Shown piece after piece: positions 58,696 through 64,000 of a stretch of 64,000 bases of DNA. This stretch comes from Turneriella sp. Its GTDB lineage: Bacteria; Spirochaetota; Leptospiria; Turneriellales; Turneriellaceae. The notes beneath the pieces are model-generated. The model searched no databases. It was given only the letters and a program-made list of their open reading frames with translations, and was not told where the DNA came from. The stretch lies in the NCBI GenBank assembly GCA_965279515.1, contig CBDIID010000003.1, forward strand, positions 1,152,001 to 1,216,000. Direction: 5' to 3'. A program made the translations under genes and the position numbers. How positions within the stretch are numbered: the stretch's first letter is position 1; every line of letters begins with the position of its first letter.

Positions 58696-60363
58696 TTAAA
58701 GGGCGCCCGTGAGCTGAATGAAGGTCATGAACGCATCGGCTTTGAAATCCACACCGCGCGCCGCGGCCACGGCATCGCCCGCGTGCAGGTAGCCGACGCC
58801 GATCCACAATGAAAAGTATGTCGAGAACGGCTTCATCCACACAAGATCAACTTCCTGATACAAATTGCGGTTAAGACCCGATCCTTTCGAATTCGTCGCG
58901 CTTTCGCTGGAAGCGCCCGTATTCGCAGCGCCGCTAATCGCATACCAGGCGTCCTGCGGTGTCGCTTTCATCTCATAAAAATAATTCAGGAGAAAGTCGC
59001 CCCACTTACCGCCTTCGTAATACAACGAGACCGAAGGGGAGAACAGATTTTTCATCCCCATGTTTTCCGAAATACCGTTGAAGGTATTCAGGTAGGGAAA
59101 ACCTCCGAAACGCGGCCCTGGCAGCGTCTGGAAGGTGTCGACCGTCGATCCGGTACGGTTAGCAGTGCCGGGTGTATAGAAAGCTTGCACGCCCGCGCGC
59201 AAATCATCAAACACCCTGTAGCCCGCCTGGGCGAAGTATAACTGCCCCGCGTAGGTGCGTTCGGTCGTCGCGGCAACACCCGACGCATCAGTATAGATCA
59301 CATCCGAAGCGTTGCCCGCCTGAAAGGCAGCCTCCAGGGTGAAGTCGAAGCTTTTACCCGCGGGTAGTTTATTATTATCGATCCGGTTCGTGAGGCGGGC
59401 ACCGAAGGTGTAAAGATTCGAGCGCTGCGTCGGCAGCGTCGCCGAAGAGATAAGCACATCGGCTGTTGCACAACCAGCCCCACCCGCAGCGCAGACAGTG
59501 TCGATCGCGGTGTTGCGGAAAATGCCGATCGCGTAGAGATCGAGCCATGCGATATCCATCTTGAGTGTGTTGTAAAGGCCGACGAGATACGAATCGCCCT
59601 GTGCGGCGCTTGTATTCGTGACGCCCCCGTTAGGTACGTTATTCGCCGCGGACGATGTGCCTTTCACACCGAAGAGATGGCTCGAGATCATATCGTTATC
59701 AAACTTAATCAGAATGCCGTCGTACGAAAGGCCACCGAACGTCCAGTTCGCGCTGCCGATCATGCGTCCGTCGCCGTAAGCAAGCACCTGACGACCGAGT
59801 TGTACCCCTAAACCCGAAACACCGACGTTGCGGAACTGCACATATGCCTCGCGCGCGCCGACGGAGCTCTTGCTCATTGCGTCGCCGTTGTTGAAGAATG
59901 CGGCCCTGTCATCACCGGTTTTCGCGCCCCCGTCGCCACCCCAGACTCGGGCATCCTGCAGCGTCACTTTGATTTCAGCATCTTTTGTTGGGTTTACAAG
60001 AAACCAGATCTGCGATGTCTCGAAAAAGCGATCTATCTTCTGCGAATTCGACGCGCTGAAGTTCAGATTGTCGCGGAACTCGCCCCGGATGCGCGAATAG
60101 AGGCCGATACGCATGATATCACCAATCCACAAGCGCTTATTGTTCTTCACATTCGCTGCCAGCGCAGGATCAATCAGCATCGGCCGCATTGCGTCTGCGG
60201 GTAGCCCCTTTTCGATGTATGGGCTCGCAAAAGGAGCATCTTCAGGCCGGACAACTTCCGGTGTCGCGGTCGCTTCTGAGGGCGCTGGAATATTTTTACT
60301 ATTCGGCGCCGCCCAAAGAGACGGCGCAAACAGCAGCAGTGCGAAAAAGCGCCGCATAATCAC
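58696..60363 (-). CDS. Alginate-export-family outer-membrane beta-barrel
   Basis: Signal peptide; R.R.E.R.N, LQDARVWG, REAY, GRQ.L.YGD.R.IG..NW...G.S.DG, YT.G.R, EAAFQ.G, E.DL. Start is GTG 60363 or ATG 60357. Confidence 0.82.
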   Translation of the reverse strand: MIMRRFFALLLFAPSLWAAPNSKNIPAPSEATATPEVVRPEDAPFASPYIEKGLPADAMRPMLIDPALAANVKNNKRLWIGDIMRIGLYSRIRGEFRDNLNFSASNSQKIDRFFETSQIWFLVNPTKDAEIKVTLQDARVWGGDGGAKTGDDRAAFFNNGDAMSKSSVGAREAYVQFRNVGVSGLGVQLGRQVLAYGDGRMIGSANWTFGGLSYDGILIKFDNDMISSHLFGVKGTSSAANNVPNGGVTNTSAAQGDSYLVGLYNTLKMDIAWLDLYAIGIFRNTAIDTVCAAGGAGCATADVLISSATLPTQRSNLYTFGARLTNRIDNNKLPAGKSFDFTLEAAFQAGNASDVIYTDASGVAATTERTYAGQLYFAQAGYRVFDDLRAGVQAFYTPGTANRTGSTVDTFQTLPGPRFGGFPYLNTFNGISENMGMKNLFSPSVSLYYEGGKWGDFLLNYFYEMKATPQDAWYAISGAANTGASSESATNSKGSGLNRNLYQEVDLVWMKPFSTYFSLWIGVGYLHAGDAVAAARGVDFKADAFMTFIQLTGAL

Positions 60364-61958
60364 CCTTGCCGTGCGGCCGCCGGATGATCAGAATACGGTT
60401 TCAGGTGCTCTATGTTATCGAATGCCAGCCGGCGGCCCTCGGCGGCAAGGCTATGTTCGATATCGGCCAGTGCCGCCATCGACGTGTGGTCGATATAGTG
60501 CACGTCGGTAAAATCGATCGCGATCTGTTTTTCCGGCGGATATTTTTCGATTTTGTCAGTCAGTGAGAAAAGATTCGTGAAAATCAGCGAGCCGCTCGCC
60601 TTCATCGTCACGCGATCCGTTTCTTCTTTAACTTCTGTGCGCAATTTGAAGAACTCTTTCGCCTTCACACCCCGGATGACGAGAATCAGCACTTTCATTA
60701 CAAGACCGGCCGCAATACCGACCAGAAGATCTTCGACGAGCGTGACGATCAGTGTCGTGAGAAAGATCATTAGCTGCTCTATCCCGGCGTCAAAAGCATG
60801 CTTGAATTCTGAGGGCCGCGCGAGACGAAACCCGACGAGAATCAGAATGCCGGCGAGCGCCGCGTTCGGTATCAGGTGGATGACTTCGGGAATTAAGAAC
60901 AGGAAAAACGCGAGAAAGACGCCGTGAAAAAAATTCGACCACTGTGTCTTAGCTCCGTTCGAAACATTTGCAGAGGAGCGTACAATCTCGGCGATGATCG
61001 GCAAGCCGCCAATTGCGCCCAACAGTATATTTCCCAGGCCATTGGCGACAATCTCCTTGTTAAGGTTCGTCTGGCGTTTTTGGAGGTCGAGTTTATCGAC
61101 GGCGCTGGCGCTGAGCAGGGATTCGAGACTCGCGACGAAATAAATCGCGAAAATGGTAACTAAAGAAGCGGGCGAGAAAATCATCGAAAAATCAGGCCGC
61201 GGTAACGCTGCGATAATCGAAGCGGGCAGGGTTACGAGAAATTTTTCGTCCAGAGCGTATTCATTGCCCATGAAAAAATAATGGTGCGCATGCTGAAGAT
61301 CGAAAAAAACCCCCAATAGCGCCGCGAAGATCACGGCAACAAGGGGAGCTGGAATTCTCTTCAGGATTTTCCATTTTGCGAACAGGAAAAACACCATGAC
61401 AGCAAGCGATAAAAGTCCGATCGCGGCAATTTCAGGGTTCATCACCTTCAGGCTGTGCGGAACTTCAGCGTAGAGTCCCAGGGGTGATTTCGCGGCGGGT
61501 GTCACGCCCAGAGCAATATGGACTTGTTTGGAGATGATAATCACGCCGATTGCGGCGAGCATGCCATGGATGACATTCACGGGAAAAAGCGCCGCGTAGC
61601 GGCCCAGTTTCAAGACCCCCGTGAGAATCTGAAATCCCCCCGCGACAATCATTGCGGCGAGAAATCTCTGGAACCCGGCTTTGATGTCGCCGAAGGCCAG
61701 GCTGTCAATACCGTGCTGCACAATGACTATAAGCCCCGCCGCAGGGCCGTGGATTGCCACGTTGGCGCCGGAGATGCGGGAGACTAAAATACCGCCGATC
61801 ACTGCAGCGATGAGCCCTGAGACCGCGGGTGACAGCGAGCCATTGCCAATCGAGGCACCGGCGATGCCGATGCAGAGCGGTAAGGCAATGAGCGACAGAA
61901 TGAAGCCCGCCGTGAGGTCGGACTTCCAGTGATTTTTCAGATCCGTTAAAGCTTTCAT
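60360..61958 (-). CDS. SulP/SLC26 anion (probably bicarbonate) transporter with STAS domain
   Basis: D..AG..ALPLC.GIA, GPAAGL, LESLLS..AVD, EIVRSSAN, YIDHT. Confidence 0.93.
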   Translation of the reverse strand: MKALTDLKNHWKSDLTAGFILSLIALPLCIGIAGASIGNGSLSPAVSGLIAAVIGGILVSRISGANVAIHGPAAGLIVIVQHGIDSLAFGDIKAGFQRFLAAMIVAGGFQILTGVLKLGRYAALFPVNVIHGMLAAIGVIIISKQVHIALGVTPAAKSPLGLYAEVPHSLKVMNPEIAAIGLLSLAVMVFFLFAKWKILKRIPAPLVAVIFAALLGVFFDLQHAHHYFFMGNEYALDEKFLVTLPASIIAALPRPDFSMIFSPASLVTIFAIYFVASLESLLSASAVDKLDLQKRQTNLNKEIVANGLGNILLGAIGGLPIIAEIVRSSANVSNGAKTQWSNFFHGVFLAFFLFLIPEVIHLIPNAALAGILILVGFRLARPSEFKHAFDAGIEQLMIFLTTLIVTLVEDLLVGIAAGLVMKVLILVIRGVKAKEFFKLRTEVKEETDRVTMKASGSLIFTNLFSLTDKIEKYPPEKQIAIDFTDVHYIDHTSMAALADIEHSLAAEGRRLAFDNIEHLKPYSDHPAAARQG

Positions 61959-61973
61959 ATTAGGCTCCTTAAA

Positions 61974-63806
61974 CTATTTTGCAAACGCCAATTTAACATA
62001 AGTACGCATCAGAGTTACCGCATTCAGGACAAACGCCGCACCAATAAAGATTGTTTCGACGGCAAAGTTCTCGGCGCTGAAATGCAGCAGTAAGTCTTCG
62101 CCGAAAAAGGTCGGGCTGAACGTGAAGCCCGACATCCACAGAATGCCAATAAAAAATATGTTCGTTGGCACACGATGCGACAGCGCCGCCCCTGCGTATT
62201 CGGTTCTGCGGACGCCCTCGGGTATGTTTCTCAGTCCGATGTAGGCAATCAGGAAGCCCAAAGTAATTCCGGTAAAATAGACGATACTGTAAATTGCCGC
62301 CCCCGGGTTTACGTAGATTGCTGAAATTCCTTTGAAGACTGTGGAGAGAAAACACATCCACAAAACCCGCGTCGGCCTGACACGGATGCCCAGCGCCGCC
62401 AAGGCGACAAAAACAGCCGATGTCCCGAGTACCACGGCGCAGATGGTATTTATGTTATCACCCAGGTAGGGTCGCCCAAAACTAACAATGAGTAACAATA
62501 CCGCCAGGATATTGATAAATATAAACGGAGAAAACGCGGGCAGAATAAACGCCGCTGTTTTTTTCAGGATATTCCACATGCCATGAACCAGAGCTTCGGC
62601 ATAACCTTCGGCGAATGAAAAGGCGAAATACCAGCCCCGCACCTTCTCGCCAAAGAACCGTCTGCTCAGATGTGCAAGCCCGCCGTTCAGCAACTCGCCC
62701 TCCGCCTGCTGACGCAGGTACAGCACCATGATCGAAGGTGATGCCAAAAGCTGGTAACAACGCAACGCCGCGTTTCCGAGAAAATGCAGCATGGCAATTT
62801 CGCGCTGCCCCAGCGCCAGTTCGAGAAACATGAGCCCAACCTGCGCCGCCGAGGCGTAGCCGATCTGCCCCTTAATGTTGGATTGCGATTGTTGCGCGAT
62901 ACTGGCAGTAATGGCGGTAAACAGGCCGATGCTCCCGACAATCCAGGGGATAAAGGGGACAGCCGTCCACAGCGGATAAAGGCGGATCAGGAGGTACACC
63001 CCGGCATGGATCGAAAGCGCACCGTAAAAGATGGCGCTCGACGGCGTCGGACCTTCCATCGCACGCGGTACCCAAAAAGAAAACGGATACTGCGCCGATT
63101 TACCCATCGCAGCCAGGACAATCAATAATCCGCCAATGGCAAAAAAACCCATATTGGCGCTCACGAGCCCCGGATCCAATGCCTTATCGGCGTATTGTAA
63201 AAAGAAGAACTCATTTCCTAGTTTGTGAAAAAGCCACGCTTCGAGAAAGAGCCCCAGGTCGCAGAAACGGTAAATCGCATAGGCACGCAGGCTATTCCTG
63301 CCCGGCTGCAGGCGAATGCGGTAAAAACCGATTAGCAGAAACGACGAAATCCCGACAATCTCCCAGCCCGCAAAGAGCATGTCAATCGTCGCGGCCAGCG
63401 AGACCAGGGAAATGCCGGCGACAAAGAGGAATAAACTTGCAAAGAAACGACGGTAGCCGTCTTCACGGTGCATATAACGCCGCGAGAACATGAGGACGAG
63501 GCCGGTGAGCACACCGATGAGCACCTGGAAAGCAACCGAATACTTATCGAGCAACAGCAGAACCTTGAAATGATAATCCGCGGCGCTCAGCAGGTTACCG
63601 TATGAGATTTCGAGGGGCTTGAAGCCGGAGTAAATAAACAATCCCAGAAAAGACAGGGTGAGGATGCCGTTAATACAATTCCCCAGGAGTACAAAGCGCG
63701 AAATAAACCTCTCGTCGCGCCTGGGAGATACAGCGATCAGCACGGTAAAAACAAGGGGATAAACAACCAGCGCCGCTGCAATGTAGCGAAATAACAACTC
63801 AACCAT
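61974..63806 (-). CDS. NuoL/ND5-like proton-conducting membrane subunit (DabB-like)
   Basis: SRRYMHRE.GY.RFF, GWEIVGISSFLLI.FY, YR..D, KSAQ.PFS.W.PRAMEGPTPSSAIFYG.LS.H.G. Likely start ATG 63806. Confidence 0.88.
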   Translation of the reverse strand: MVELLFRYIAAALVVYPLVFTVLIAVSPRRDERFISRFVLLGNCINGILTLSFLGLFIYSGFKPLEISYGNLLSAADYHFKVLLLLDKYSVAFQVLIGVLTGLVLMFSRRYMHREDGYRRFFASLFLFVAGISLVSLAATIDMLFAGWEIVGISSFLLIGFYRIRLQPGRNSLRAYAIYRFCDLGLFLEAWLFHKLGNEFFFLQYADKALDPGLVSANMGFFAIGGLLIVLAAMGKSAQYPFSFWVPRAMEGPTPSSAIFYGALSIHAGVYLLIRLYPLWTAVPFIPWIVGSIGLFTAITASIAQQSQSNIKGQIGYASAAQVGLMFLELALGQREIAMLHFLGNAALRCYQLLASPSIMVLYLRQQAEGELLNGGLAHLSRRFFGEKVRGWYFAFSFAEGYAEALVHGMWNILKKTAAFILPAFSPFIFINILAVLLLIVSFGRPYLGDNINTICAVVLGTSAVFVALAALGIRVRPTRVLWMCFLSTVFKGISAIYVNPGAAIYSIVYFTGITLGFLIAYIGLRNIPEGVRRTEYAGAALSHRVPTNIFFIGILWMSGFTFSPTFFGEDLLLHFSAENFAVETIFIGAAFVLNAVTLMRTYVKLAFAK

Positions 63807-64000
63807 TTTGCACCTTTGCTTTTTGAATATAACCCGGTGCAATGTTGTCGCGCATACGGCGATAGGCAGAGATTGAATCCGGAAAGACCTGCGGCCCCTT
63901 TCCACCGATACTCAGTTTTTCAAAAGCACCGCGCCGGTACCAATAGTACACGTCTTTTACGTAGTCATAAATACAGAATTTCACCCATTCCTTTTCAATC
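63799..64000 (-). CDS. 3' end of a probable DUF2309 (DabA-like) protein, truncated by the window edge
   Basis: Frame is open to the edge: IEKEWVKFCIYD... resembles the DUF2309 C-terminal (F)xNEWVxL motif; stop overlaps the DabB-like start. Confidence 0.5.
   Translation of the reverse strand, partial: IEKEWVKFCIYDYVKDVYYWYRRGAFEKLSIGGKGPQVFPDSISAYRRMRDNIAPGYIQKAKVQNG

Noticed and set aside
58687..58812. Short plus-strand ORF after AGGAGGT
   Set aside because: SD-to-ATG spacing is only 1 nt and the ORF is antisense to the porin.
61974..63806. Respiratory complex I nuoL or Mrp antiporter
   Set aside because: No other nuo or mrp genes follow; SulP context and the PRAMEGPTPSSAIFYG motif fit a DabB-type subunit.
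1..64000. CRISPR arrays, tRNA/rRNA genes, IS elements, prophage
   Set aside because: No spaced direct repeats, cloverleafs, transposases, integrases or phage genes recognised.

Overview
A gene-dense bacterial chromosome segment, most likely from a free-living Leptospiraceae spirochete (Turneriella-like). This is an inference from spirochete-type lipoprotein signals, a DUF1577/PilZ-like protein, an alginate-export-family porin and an NHL-repeat remnant. I saw no rRNA, tRNA, CRISPR array, transposase or prophage. Main contents in order: (1) a putative phosphate-scavenging locus (TonB-dependent receptor, ElpS-like lipoprotein, orphan PstS, MarR); (2) housekeeping and repair genes (mtaB, MrfA/DUF1998 helicase, Sua5/YciO-family gene with a probable CTG start, leuS, an atypical ssb); (3) a translationally coupled triad of a CoA-disulfide-reductase/rhodanese protein with both catalytic Cys replaced by Ser, a HemN-like radical SAM enzyme and a second radical SAM enzyme, which is my best candidate for an undescribed system; (4) a large modular surface lipoprotein, then lpxA-sthA and STAS-ybeY-corC-recO; (5) a complete seven-gene reductive pyrimidine catabolism operon; (6) ribBX-mqnP, an OmpA/PD40 protein, photolyase, membrane spermidine synthase, a Kelch lipoprotein operon, namZ, a GGDEF protein and osmC-metZ; (7) at the right edge, a DabA/DabB-SulP-porin cluster for putative inorganic carbon uptake. 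REP-like palindromes occur at about 23.0 kb and 38.1 kb. All calls come from motif recognition by eye, with no database searches.
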